From: Rhizaria sp. SCN 62-66
Lineage: Eukaryota
Reading direction: 5' to 3'
DNA length: 42,369 nt
NCBI GenBank assembly: GCA_001724265.1
Contig: MEDY01000267.1
Coordinates: forward strand, 1 to 42,369
Shown here: positions 1-12,362 of the stretch, piece by piece
Numbering within the stretch: the first letter of the stretch is position 1
How the letters are laid out: each line of letters begins with the position of its first letter
The notes under the pieces: model-generated
What the model was told of the DNA's origin: nothing
The model's database searches: none
Seen by the model: only the letters and a program-made list of their open reading frames with translations
Made by a program: the position numbers and the translations under genes

Positions 1-334
1 GGTCGACCGCTCTGCTGCTTACGCTGCCCGCTGGGTCGCTAAGTCCCTCGTCGCTGCCAAGCTCTGCCGCCGCGTCCTCGTCCAGCTCTCGTACGCCATC
101 GGTGTCGCCGAGCCCATCTCCGTCCACGTCGACACCTACGGCTCCGTCGTTAAGGGCAAGACCGATGCCGACCTCCTCGCCATCGTCAACAAGAACTTCA
201 ACCTCCGCCCCGGCCGCATCATCAAGGACCTCCAGCTCCTCCGCCCCATCTACTCCAAGACTGCGTGCTACTCCCACTTCGGCCGCGCTGATGCCGACTT
301 CACCTGGGAGACTCCCAAGACCCTCGAGCTCTAA
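1..334 (+). CDS. MAT: S-adenosylmethionine synthetase (methionine adenosyltransferase), 3' part; gene starts upstream of the window
   Basis: The frame starting at base 2 reads [48 protein letters not shown]...[30 protein letters not shown]...[11 protein letters not shown], the MAT C-terminal domain. Stop TAA 332-334. Strong C-ending codon bias. The ORF track misses it because no start codon is in the window. Confidence 0.97.
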   Translation, partial: VDRSAAYAARWVAKSLVAAKLCRRVLVQLSYAIGVAEPISVHVDTYGSVVKGKTDADLLAIVNKNFNLRPGRIIKDLQLLRPIYSKTACYSHFGRADADFTWETPKTLEL

Positions 335-1327
335 GTGCTATGCAGCAGTTGTCCACGCTGTGAATACACAGCAACAGCAGCCGCAGTGCATGAGTGCGTG
401 AGCGAGCAAATGTGCGAGTTAACTCTGATTGAATGAGTTGCTTACTCGTCTTGCTTGCATGCCTGTGAGAGTGAAAGTAAATTGTCTGGAGGTGATTTTA
501 TGACTCGACTCTTTGTGGCTTCGACTCTTTTCACAAAGGGAAAGTTATGGTAGAATTAGTGTTAACGGAGAATGCTTCGCGATCCTTTATTATAATATCT
601 CGTGCTTGTTTTCTTGCTATTAAGTTAAGTTGAGCTTATTTAAGGACTGATGTCTTCTCTGTTGGATTTTTATAATGTTATACACATGGTATGTTGACGA
701 ATCGAACAATGTCGCAATCCGTGTTAATACGACATGAATGTGTATGACTGTATGTGTAGTTCGTATTCTTTATTTTCTTGCTTCGTGATCTTGCTCTCGG
801 TGGCAAATGCACTCCACTCGTGTCTCAGTTGGTTGGATGGTTCCTGTCCACAGATGTGAAATAGATGTCATTGTCGGTGCATGGTGCGTTTATCAATAGA
901 ATCATGTTGTTACCATTGTTGTGAGACTCGTTGTTTAAGTGTTTTATTCTGACGGAGGATGAAAATATCCGCAAGCGACCGTGAGCACCGCATGCAAAAA
1001 TCTTCAAGTCGTCAAGCAGGAGTGAAGGAAACTGTTTTCGGAGATCTCATCTTGAATATCACAAGACATACAAGATATTATTTAACAAATGAAATTGATA
1101 TGTCCTTATTGAGTTTTACGTTTATTTTCATTGTGATACAACGGACTTAATTGTGTGTACAACCGGAGATTGTTCATCGCACACGCTTCCACTTGTACAA
1201 ACCTCGTTGCTCTGCCTCCCTCTTCAGCGCTGTATCATCGTCGCTCTGGCTCTAGCACTTCACGATTATCCTGCATCAACTTTGCGTGTCTCGTTTTCTG
1301 CATGAAGTGTGTCAAGACGGGCTCGTA

Positions 1328-4300
1328 ATGCGCTCTCGTGCCGTCGCCAAACCCGCCGCGGCGCCGCCTCCGCCGCCGCAGCACGGAAGAAACATATCTG
1401 CGGCGCCGTTCTCTGCTAGTGATGCTGCAGCGGAGTCTGCCACAACTGCTAGCGGTGCCTTGCTAAGCCGCGGCTCTGCATTTCGCCGCAGCTTGCGACT
1501 TGCATCAGTCGCTGCTGCCTCTGGCTCAGATGTCGCCGATCCGACCGATGCGATGAGTGTCGGTGAGACTTGCTATGTTGAGCCCGCCGCTGCTCGCGAT
1601 GCACCTGACGTTCTTGAAGATAAATCTGTCTTTGCTAGCACGCACACATTGTCTACCGCTGTCACCGCTGCATCAAGCGCAGGCGGAGCAAGTGGCGCTG
1701 CGTTATCCCCGTCCGAGTCCACGAAGATCTCGGTCCATCGCAATATCGACAACAACAACAGCGAGAACACCTCGAGCACGGGTGTTCATAGCGCAAACGC
1801 AGCTGCTACTGAAGGCAACAGCAGTGACAACATTGATGCTGACTCGTGCGTGGGGACGAACTCCAGCTCAGCCGAACAGCCGCAACAGCAGCAGCAGCAG
1901 CAGCAGCGGCCGTTGAGGCTGCAGCAGCATCTCAAACTACAACAGCAAGGTGAAATCGCTACTGACACCGCTACCGCTAGTTTTAGCTGCGAGAGCAAGA
2001 CACGCAGCGACCACGAGATGCGGTTGAGTGAGTTGCGCCAACAACGCGTTAACCATGGTGCTGCTGCGGAATTGCTTGTTCCTGTCACAGCCACAATCAC
2101 TGCGGTAAACGCTGTCGATTCAACTCTAAACAACACGGCTGGTAGTCATTCAGTTGGCGTTGATAACACAGGCGACGACGATTTCAATGACGGAGACTGT
2201 GAAGACAATGACGGCAACGACACAGGCAACGTCTATAGCGATGATGATGACTATGACTTTAGCAGCGTGTACGTGCCCGTGATTGCGCCAAATCAGCTGC
2301 CCATGGCGACACATGCGGAGCTTGTAAACCAAACACGTACACTCAGTGGCAGCGCGTCATCAGTTAGCAACATCAAGAATCGCAATGTTAGCGGCGAAGT
2401 CATTGTGTCGAAGAACACTGACAATAACCGTAGCCGCACAGCCGTAAGCACAACGCCCTAGTGCAAAGCGCACGCTGATGTCACGGTAACTCCACAGCAA
2501 CATGCGACTGTAAGCACAACTCCCAAAGAGACGACTATAAGTGTGACGCCACAGCGCGTCCGTGCAAGCCATCAACAGCAGCTGCAGCAGCACCAGCAGC
2601 CGGAGCACGCCGTGGTGAGCACAGTCACAGTGCGCACCCCGCCGCGCATGGGCATTGAAGCGTCTCCCAGGCCAGGCCATTCGCTGTGTCTGCGTTTCAC
2701 CGCTGCAGGACACTGCGTGTCGTCATCAACCTACACTATTCCTGCCGCTGCTGTGGGGCCGAGCGCAACCGTTGCAACAGCACCTGGATCTTCACAGGCG
2801 GCACCACCAGCGGCAGTCCCAACAAGTGCAGTCGCGCCAGCAGTGGACACCGCGTCTCGGCGCGCAACTGCCGGGTGCGTGCCCAGCTACACTAGCCGCG
2901 CCCCTTGTCCTGTTCCTGCACTTAGTCCAGTTGCTACCGCGAGAGCTGGGTTTAGTTTACATTCGCACGTGCGCAGTCACTTGACAACTGTCTCGGAGTC
3001 GGAGGTTCCATATGGCAGAGCAGATAACGTTAATGTTACAAGCACGGCCGTTGGGTTTAAGACCGGCACCGTTGCTACAAACGCTGTGCTGGCGTCAGGC
3101 GCGGTGAATAATGTAGCCGCATTAACAGCACCGCCAACGGCAGCAATGACAGCGACTAATGCGCATGTGTCTGTGCACGAAGCCGCGGCAACTACCATGA
3201 TCAAGTTGCCAACCGGTGTCGGTGGAAACATATTGCGCCAACCCCCGCAGCAGCAACAACAGCAACGCGAACAGTTTGTGTTGCTACGACAGCAGCATCG
3301 CCAACGGCAATGGCAACGGCTACAATAGCAGCAGCTGCTGCAGGAGGAGCAGCAACGACAGGAATGGTTGCTGGCTCAACAGCAGAGTTCGCACTCTCAG
3401 AGCGTTATGCGAGATTGCTCTTGTCAGGACAGATGTAACTGCGATGCTCCAGTCCAAACCAGTGATGCTCGCAACGCAAGTCAACCTGTGCGTGTCACTG
3501 ACTTTACTGAAGCGCACGAGCGCAAGGCTAGTGATGTAATTGCAATGAGCGATTTGTGCGATGATGGTCGAAATGGCACGACGTTGCGCTTGCATCTTGA
3601 TTGCGCTTATAAGGGCGCGCATATGCGTCTTCGTGCAAACAGCCGCGCTGGCTATGACGACCGCATGGATTATAGAGCTGCAAACGACAGTGAGTGGGTG
3701 GGGACCGATCATTGGGGGTTTCGACCCTTACCATCGTTGCTGCCTGTGCCGCCGGAGGTACCTGCAGTGACTTACGCACGCGCTTCCGATTTATCACGGC
3801 AAGACGCTGTTGTTGCAACGCTGCGCGCAAACGTAGATCACGACCATGCCGACGAGACGAAACGGTCTGGCAGCTCTGGCTATGACCGCAGTAACAACAG
3901 TCATACCATTGCGGAGTTTGCTCGTGAGTATGCTCGAGTTGTGACTGCAACACCAAATAACACACCGGCTGTGACTGTGCGCGGACTGTTGCTTTCTGGT
4001 TCTCACAACACTGAGACAACGCTGCAAAGTTGTGATGCACATGTTCTTCCTTCAAGCAACGCAAACACTCTGGAGGCTGCAACTGCAAAGTCGTGGAACA
4101 ACGCTGTAGGGCAGCGTGGGTAGCACTCTGAGCAGCAACCGTTGCGAGATTCCAAGCGTGAGCGAGAGCAAAATGAGTGGCTTGATCGCAGGCAGCGCCG
4201 CTGGTCGCAGCTTGTACACACTCAAGCAAGGATGCAGACTCATTCGCGGCCACAAGAACAAGTAAATTGCAATAGCGACAGTTTTGGCGTCGGTCAACGT

Positions 4301-6763
4301 CAAGACAGCTTAGAACGCAAACAATGTGACGCAGAAATCGTTCACACAACTCTTAGTAGCAGTCGAAACATTACTGACACAGAGCTGGCGCCAGCAACTA
4401 ATCAGCGTCAATCGCGTTATCAGGCGCAATCACAGCTAACAGCTGCGCTTCGTGCTGTCTCGCTCACTCCAACTCTTGCGCAACAGTCAATTTCGCCTAA
4501 CAATCGACGTGTTTTGCTGGCTGCAGCAAGCGCCCGTGGCCGCAGTGCAAGTACGCAACCCGCGCACGTAAACGCAGACTTTGTCACAAACATCTCACGT
4601 ATGCATCAACAGCAACGGCGGCAGCAGCAGCGACAATCACACGTACAATCATAGCCTCTTAAACAGACACGAGCTCAGGCACAAGCGCAGTTGCAGTCAC
4701 AACCTCGAGGGCGAGAACAGCGTCAGTCAGGACATCAACGCTTGTCTCAACTGCAACAGCTACAGCAACAACGGTTTGCGCCATTCGAGCTAGCGCCAAC
4801 CCCTGGTCTTTTGGCTTATCTCAACACACCAAGTAGCCGCGTGCCTTACATTGGGTCTCTGTTGACTGGCACGCGTAGCATTGCAGACAATAACCCCGGC
4901 GTTATGTTCACGCCGACTTTGACCGTACAGCCACAGTCATCGGCTCTTGCAACAGCTGCGGAGACGCCCACGGTCGCGAGTGCGCTTGGCTCACCAAGAG
5001 CGGAGTTTCGCACTCAGCAAAGTCCGTATTTGGGAGCTCAGTCGCAACCTCGTGTTCAAGCCTCTTTGCTCGCATCGCTCCCGTCCCCATCTCCTCCCCC
5101 CGCACTTGACCCGCAGCACCCTTCAGTGTCGCGCTCATTTGGCGCCACGCTTGCGGCCGGCCCCGCGCTTTGCGGCCGGCTGCATCTGCTGCCGGCACCG
5201 CCGCCAGGCATGCCCCCCGCGCGGGCACTGACACCGGCACCGCAAACTGGGTCTGTTGTTGCATTGATGCATTCACTGGCTCAGGCGCGCGCGCAGGCAA
5301 TGGCGCAGAGTTACACGGATGTCGCGCTGTGTGATATAGATGATGACGACGGGAATGATATATATGATGACCATTGCTATGAGCAAAGTCTTCATTCACA
5401 TAACAACTATGGCTGTGACAGCAATGAAAACAATGGTGATAACGAGTACGACGATGATGACAACACTCCTTCGACCGACAACAATGATTGTGAGTTCGCC
5501 ACCCAGAGCCACAGCGAAAGCGGTGATACCAACGCCTGCTATCAACATCAACCTGAGCAGCAGTACCGCAGAAGTCGTAGAGTTCAGTCACACGCATATT
5601 TGCAGTCGCAGTTGCAGGTACAGCAACCGCACTCACAGCGAAACTCTAATGCGAGCACAAACCCGTTTTCTTTTGCCTTTACGTCAAGTCATAGCGTCAG
5701 CAATAGCGTGCATGTAAGCAACAGCGAACAGACTGGCTATATTGGGGTAAACTACAGTCGTTACAGCTCCGTGCGTGATCGTGGCGACCGGGACCGTGGA
5801 CACCGTCTCTTCAGCACAAACCGCGAACAGAGCATTGTGCCTGCAACTGACCGCGAGCTCGGTGTACGTGAACGTGTCAGCAACTATGCGAGCGAGCGAT
5901 CTCAAAATGAGCGCGTTGCGGCTGACCGCGACCGATCATTTGCGTGCTCATGGCCAGGTTGTGACAAGCGCTTCAGTGAGCGCGCTAATCTAAAGCGCCA
6001 TTTGAAACAAATCCATCTTGGTGTTCGTGAGTTCTTGTGTCCTGTCAACGACTGTGGGCAGCGGTTCGGTCGCAAGTCGCACTTAGTGCATCACTTGTCC
6101 GGCAGCAGGCACGCGGCTGTGGTAGATATAGCCACGATCGTTGGTGAGCGCATGTGGAAAGCTGTGATCGAGCACTCGCGGCGGCGCGGGATGCGCGCGA
6201 ATAAACGCACAAACGCGAGCAGCAGTAGTGCCAGCGGTGTCGCGAGCGGCGGAGCAGGTGTGGGTGCAGTGAAACGCGGCCGTGGTCGCAGGACTGCAGG
6301 TGCTGTTGCTGGAGTTGCAGTGAACTCAACTGGCTCAAGTTCGTATAATAGTTTAAGTGCGAGCGCAAGTGTGGGTGTTGGCGTTGCGCAGCGGCAGGAG
6401 CAAGGCCAGCTGCTTGACTCAGAGTTTGAGTGTGAACAAGAGAACGACGACGCGGATACGAGTGACAACGACAGCGACTCTGGCAGCGACGGTGATGACG
6501 GCAACGCAAACGCGACACACAACGACGACGACGATTATGATGACGGCAATAGCGGCAGCGGCAGTGATGGTGATGGTGATGAGTCGCCGCTGCAACGGCG
6601 ACAGCGTCTGCAAGATCAGGATGAAGAGGAAGAAGAAGATGAGGAGGAAGAAGACGGTCGCAGCAGCGCCGCTGTGCCTACGTCTCGACAGCGGGTGATG
6701 GAGGCAAAAAGAAGCGTGGGCAGTAGGCCTAACAGAAGCAACAACAAGTGGATGCGTAAGTGA
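1328..6763 (+). CDS. Large intronless low-complexity (Q/S/A/D-rich) protein with two C-terminal C2H2 zinc fingers, probable transcription factor; 1811 aa if four in-frame TAG codons are read as Gln
   Basis: Track ORFs 1286-2461, 2543-3328, 3368-4123, 4142-4654 and 4691-6763 are all in one frame. They are separated only by single TAG codons (2459-2461, 3326-3328, 4121-4123, 4652-4654) with no other stops in the gaps. First ATG 1328, terminal TGA 6761-6763. Fingers at about 5939-6112: FACSWPGCDKRFSERANLKRHLKQIH-LGVRE-FLCPVNDCGQRFGRKSHLVHHLSGSRH. Basic NLS-like patches and an acidic tail follow. Confidence 0.8.
2459..2461 (+). other. In-frame TAG, predicted Gln
   Basis: Context STTP-TAG. The downstream repeat units read VTPQ, STTPK and VTPQ. 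Confidence 0.7.
3326..3328 (+). other. In-frame TAG, predicted Gln
   Basis: Context CGG CTA CAA TAG CAG CAG CTG CTG CAG (RLQ*QQLLQ) in a Gln-rich helix. Confidence 0.75.
4121..4123 (+). other. In-frame TAG, predicted Gln
   Basis: Context GQRG*HSEQQP; the frame continues without a break. Confidence 0.65.
4652..4654 (+). other. In-frame TAG, predicted Gln
   Basis: CAA TCA TAG CCT (QS*P) parallels CAG TCA CAA CCT (QSQP, 4694-4705) and CAG TCG CAA CCT (QSQP, from 5039). Confidence 0.75.
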
Positions 6764-7166
6764 TGTAGTTTAGATCACAGCAATGTTGTGATTTTGTGTT
6801 TTCCTGGCAGCTTTAAGACTTTTATGCACTTGAAATCCTATGAATTGCGTTACTGTAGATTACTTTAATCATATAGGAACCAGTACTACCACAAATAAAG
6901 ACTAATATTGACTTATGAATACGGAATAACCTTAATCGACTTAGAAACACCTTCACAACGCATAGCCAAGGTGTAAGATGTACAATTGCAGTGTATTTAT
7001 TCTGTGAATCATGAGCAAATTAAAAGTACACGGCATGTTCACGCGTCTGTATACGTGCAACAAGCATGAATATGTGCACTGAAATGAAGTTTGGCCATAT
7101 CATAAGCTTTTATGCCACCCTTTTTCCCACTCGCATTCCTGGCGACAACAGCAACAGCAATAGCAC

Positions 7167-8679
7167 TCAGAGCTCATCCTTGTACTTGGGCGCAGCGGCC
7201 GCGGCGTCAACACGGGTCTTGAGCGCCGCGTCCTCGCCGGCCAGCGCGGTGCGCTCCTCGAGCATCTCCGCCATCGCGGCGGCCTGTAGAGAATTGATTG
7301 AATACGTTTGCAATGAGTGAAAGGTATCGTTGAATAGATAGATGAGAGATTGCTTCGTATGAGCAATGCAGACATCAACCGGTACACAGGTCATGTTATA
7401 CAAGCTATGATTGAAGGTAGAGTGAAGTATATAGAGATAAAGATGCGATTTAGAGATTGACGCACCTGGAACATGTCGAGACTGGCCTGCTCCTGCTCGG
7501 GGTTGAGTCCGCTAACAACGGTGCCGGCGCCCGCGGCAGTGCCCTCAGTCTGGTCCTCAACCGTAGTGAGGTACGTCACCAGGTACGCGCGGAGGTCGGT
7601 CCACACGCCCGCAGTGTCCTGCAGCAAGCGAGGCAAGGCAACAGCAAAAGATATTGTAAAACAAAGGGTTGATAAGTGAAGATGATCATAGCATATCATG
7701 ACGTCGGATGATCAACGAAAGACAACAAATATAAAGTATAACTGTGAGGGGTCTACATGAAAATTCGCTTAAACCAGAAACTATTGAGGTATTGATCGCT
7801 TGACGGATGACCGCTTGACGTACGATAGCGGTGGCGGTGCCAACTTCCTCAAGGCCGTCGACATAGCGCGAGAGAGCGTGGTCAGTCTTGTGAACAAACT
7901 CAAGCAAGGGAATGTGACTATATACAGCACGTGGATACAAAACAATCCGCAATATCAACAAAAATGTTTGTGCGCGGCCGTGTAAAACCAAGAATGTGAG
8001 TCAACGATTCAAGTTGAGATAGTACATTAAACCTCCAAAATCACAAAAACAATAAAATGACAAAAATGCATATTGATATATCTATATCGACGCAGATGCT
8101 TCACGTAGATGCAATATATGCCGTCATATCTTCGGAAACGTACGGGCGGCACGAGTACTCGTTAAGAGCGTGCGAAACGGAGTAACCAAGCAGCTGCGCA
8201 CCCTTGACAAGGGTCTCATCCTTGTCCACAACAAGCGCGCGGAACGGCAGCGCGTCAATCATCTGGCCCATAACCTTGACCAGCCCAGGGCACGCTTCGG
8301 ACGCACGCAGCTTGCCGCTCGCGGCGTTATCGCTCGCGCTGGCGTCGAACTCCTCGTCGTGCTCGACGAGCCCCAGCAGCGAGGAGACCTCCTCCGCAGC
8401 CGCGTAGAGCTTCTCGCCCAGCGCGCGCGTCTTGGCTGCGGCCTCCTCGGCCAGAGTAGCTGGGTACGGGGCCGCGGCGCGCGCGGCAGCGGGGAGCGCC
8501 TCGTATTGCACAAGCAGCTTAGTCAGCTCGTTCTTGGCGCGAGGAATGCTCTTGCTGGACGCCTTAGCCAGGGCTTGCAGCTTCGTGTCAAAGGCGGGGT
8601 TGGCAGCAGACGCAGCGGACACAAACGCCGCAGCAAAAACAGCGGCGATCAGAAGCAGGAACGCGGGAGCGAAACGCAT
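7167..8679 (-). CDS. Uncharacterised ER-luminal protein (N-terminal signal peptide, C-terminal KDEL), about 299 aa, 4 exons
   Basis: Exons 8679-8144, 7917-7824, 7618-7466 and 7283-7167 join in frame (donors GTACGT, GTACGT, GTGCGT; acceptors TAG, CAG, CAG). Starts MRFAPAFLLLIAAVFAAAFVSAASA and ends ...PKYKDEL-TGA. Confidence 0.85.
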
Positions 8680-9803
8680 CGTGAACGAGGGAAATGCTGC
8701 TTTTAGACAGTGAGTCGTGGTCAAGGACAGGAGCAAAATATGGACGTTAGCGGTGATTTTCGCCACTAATAAAAGATAAGCTTGTAGACACTCACTCGTG
8801 ACAGTAAATTTTAGCAAAATATCCTGGATTAGCGTTAGAAATGTCATTAAAATCTAGTTGCAAGAAAGGCGTCAGCAATCGGGGCGAGCTCACCACAAAA
8901 CCGGCCGACTGGCGAATCTTGCCGTTCGCAAAAAGTCGTAACTCGTGTGTGATTTTCTGTCCGCCGAGCGACCCCAAGATGACCCCCGCAGACTTTGATG
9001 GCATTTGCCAAGATAGAGCTGGCAGTCAACACTCCGATACGCATCATATAATTTCCACATGCAATAGATATGTGTCCAATTTGTCGCCTTGAGAGAGTTC
9101 GCACGATGTGTCACTCACGTGGCCTCAGTCCGAATGGGACCAACGAGTCCCTGTCTTTGCACAATCCGAGTCATGTTGTCAGTGTTGACGAGTTAGTCTC
9201 GTAATATCAAAACAATACGACAACTTCAAAACAATTCGCTCACTTTTGCGTCGCCGATCATGAAGCTTGCGAAGGCGCTTAAGTACGACTCGCGTAAGCG
9301 GCGCGCTGTTAACTGATGATGCGTTGCAATTGTGGCAATGTTTCTATGACGGAGTTCTAAAGCTTAGTTCAATAAGGCGGCAATGAGCTCATGTTGCGGT
9401 AAGTACTGTACTACAGACGGTGACGTTTGATGTGCATCACCTAAGTTATTTCTCATGCACATCATTCCACGAGGCATACGTATTAAGTCACGATGAACGA
9501 AAGTAAACAACTTGAAAGAATTGAGATGTCTTGGTGTATGCGCAACAAAGAAAGTCGGGCCACTTGACCCGCTGTGTCATTTCAATCTTGTGTTTGAATC
9601 AATCACTCAATACACAATGGTTGTACAGGCACAACAAAAGACAAAAACATCACCAAAATAAAAAACAAAGCTAGTATAGCAAACTGGTCCATTCTAAAAT
9701 AGTTATGGCCCGACCTCGGCCCGATATTACACCACAACCACGGACGTACGTACGTCTAACTGAGTCATGTCGTGTTGCGGCATGTTTTTCTGTGTCGGTG
9801 TGT

Positions 9804-11809
9804 TCAAATGCGCGAGTTCCAGTCCGTGGCCTTACGTCCGTGCCCGGTCTCGGTGGCGGCGACCACGCGCGAGGCCCCCGCAAGCCTGGCGCGGCCCTGC
9901 TCGAGACGCACGAACTCGCGGTACTGGGCCTCGGCCACGGCCGCGGCCTCTTCCTCCTGCTTGATGCGCGACTGCTCCATCGCGCGCACGTTCGCGCGCT
10001 GCCGCATCTGCGTCTCCAGGTCCAGCCGTGCCTGCAGCGCCACGGCGGCGCGCGCGGCGTCCTCTGCGCGCTCCAGCTCCTTCTCGCGCTGCGCCGCGAG
10101 GTTCATCGCCGCGCGCGTCTCCGTGTCGCCCTGGTGCGCGTCGCGGCGCGCCTGCTCGTTGGCCGCGATGCGCGCGCGCTGCGCCGCGGTCGCGTCGTCC
10201 TGCAGCGCCTGGCGGGCGGCCGCATCGCGCGCCCATTCGCTGTCCTGGCGCGCGTTCGTCTGATCCTAAGATGGTGATAGGGATGATGTGAGAATGCAAC
10301 AAAAGAAGGGCATTGTGAGCATGTACGAAGTCTAGAAACAAAACAAAAAACACATCAAACCACCCAAATAACACAAAAAAAGATATTTCCAACATAATTT
10401 GCGCAAATAAGTGCGAATATATCGAGAAATGGCGTTCCAACACACCTGGTAGTCGCGTGTGACGCGGTCGAGCTCCTCCTCCTGCCTGCGCTCCTCTGCC
10501 TTGCGCAGGGTGAGATACTCGCGGTACGCAGCCATCTCGCGCTGCATGGCCACCTGGTCCATGCGCTTGCGCTGCAGCTCGGCGTGGTAGTCGGCCAAGT
10601 GGCGCTCGAGCTCCTCCTTGTCGGCCTCCTGCTGACGGCGCTTGGCCTCACGCTTCTGGGCTAGCCACTGCTCATTCCACTCCGACACGGCGCGGCCCTG
10701 CGCCTGCTTGCGCTGCTGCAGCTCGCGCTTCGCCTGCTCCGCGGCCGCCGTCTCGGCCTGCACGCGAGCGAGCCAGTCAGCGCGCTCGGCCGCCTTGTCG
10801 TCCAACACAGCCTAAAGAGCATAAAGAAAGAAATACCGTCGTTATAGTGGAGACAAATAATAAGATATATGAGTCAATTTAAGACGACATGTGTAAAAAT
10901 ATGAGTTTTACATTATATTTGAGTCTTAATGTCCATGAGCAAGACGAGCGAGTTGTAGAAGCATTATTGTGAAAGTAATGAAGCAAAGTGCTAGAGATAC
11001 GGACCTGGCGCTGGTCTGCGCGCTCCTGCATCTGCTTCGCAATGGCGTCGCGCATCTCGACCGCGGCCACCGCGCGGCGCGAAGCGTCCTCCTGCTCGCG
11101 CTGCAGCTTGCGGCGCTTGTCCTCCTCCCACACATCGAGCCAGCGGGCCTCCTCGGCGCGCTCCTCCTGGGAGAGCACACTGCGCTGCTGGCGCTGCTTG
11201 TCCTGCTCGGCCTTGGTGAAGCGCGCGTACGCCTCCGAGTCAAGCGTGCGCAGGTCGTCGCAGCCGGCGCGCCACATGCGCATGTACTGCTCCTGCGCGA
11301 ACTGGCGGCGGCGGTCGTCGCGGTCGGCCTTGTTCTGGCGCGCCAGCGCGAGTGTGCGCTGCAGGCGGTCCACGGTGGTGTCTTGCGATGAGGAGATCTC
11401 GCGGCTATAGAGGTGCACACAACGCATGATCAAACAAAGACGTAAAAGAGATTATGGAAGTGTTGTTTGATGCAATGGTCAAGTTATGCGTCAGTATGGT
11501 AAGGAATAGTGAAGAAATGCCGCTGTAATTGGGTAGGCTGGGCACGTACCGGTACTGCTCCTCCTCGAGGAGCAAGAGCTCAGCAAGCTTCTGCCTGCGG
11601 GCGTCGAGCTGCTTCTGCGCGTCCTGCTCGAGGTTTTTTGCAATGTTGGCGATCTGCACCTGCTCCATCTTGATCGTTGACTTGGCCTGCCAGTCGGAAA
11701 TGTAGCTGCGGCGGAAGTCGCTCTGCTGGGTGGCGTTCATGGCCATCTGCGTCGCGTCGGCCTGCCGGCGCCGCTCAATCGCGGGGTTCTCACCGCCACG
11801 GCGCGGCAT
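9804..11809 (-). CDS. CFAP53: Cilia- and flagella-associated protein 53 (CCDC11, trichoplein-like coiled coil), about 495 aa, 4 exons
   Basis: Exons 11809-11550, 11404-11005, 10811-10446 and 10265-9804 join in frame. Motifs LDARRQKLAELLLLEEEQY, RRQFAQEQYMRMWRAGCDDLRTLDS, WEEDKRRKLQRE and YREYLTLRKAEERRQEEELDR plus the C-terminal GHGRKATDW resemble CFAP53. Stop TGA. Confidence 0.82.
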
Positions 11810-12362
11810 CGTGTCTACGTAGAGGGGTGAGCAGAAAGGAAAGAGTCGGAAACAACAATGAGGAAGGCGCATGGAGGACGGGGAAAGTTAGCCAGAGTAA
11901 GGCAGTTTGGTCATGTTTGAGTGAAGGGAAAGGCAACCTGATACCAGGGCTGGTGAGGTATATCTGAGCTACAGTATGAAGAACAAATAGGAAATAGACG
12001 TGATATATAGCACATTGAGTGCTAAGTCCATATGATGGTCTTTATGGGAGATACGAAGCGTTGAGTTTCAGTGTAACGGTTTCTGCAACTGACGCCCAAA
12101 CGATTTTTTCGGTCCCCAGTCAAGCCCACTCTCTATTCTATATAATCTCAAAGAAAACATTATTTATGAGCCCACTGAATCTAATATTTGGTACAAACAA
12201 ATATAGTATATGTATTTGTGTTGTGAATCACTTTTAATGGCACAATAGGCCATATTGGCATATATAATTGCGCTTCTAGACTGTTACTCGTATCATCACG
12301 AGCACTGATTTGCACATTGCATCTTGGATTCCGCGAATACTTCGCAGCACGTCAACACGTAC

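Noticed and set aside
102-401. 99-aa Ser/Pro/Thr-rich ORF in the track
   Set aside because: Off-frame shadow of the MAT coding sequence.
335-700. METTL16-type UACAGAGAA hairpin in the MAT 3' UTR
   Set aside because: Looked for because of the odd splice consensus; the motif is not present.
2459-4654. Zinc-finger gene as a pseudogene or as several separate genes
   Set aside because: All four interruptions are TAG, with no TAA, TGA or frameshift. The gaps are too short and too coding-like for intergenic DNA or introns, and the fingers are intact.
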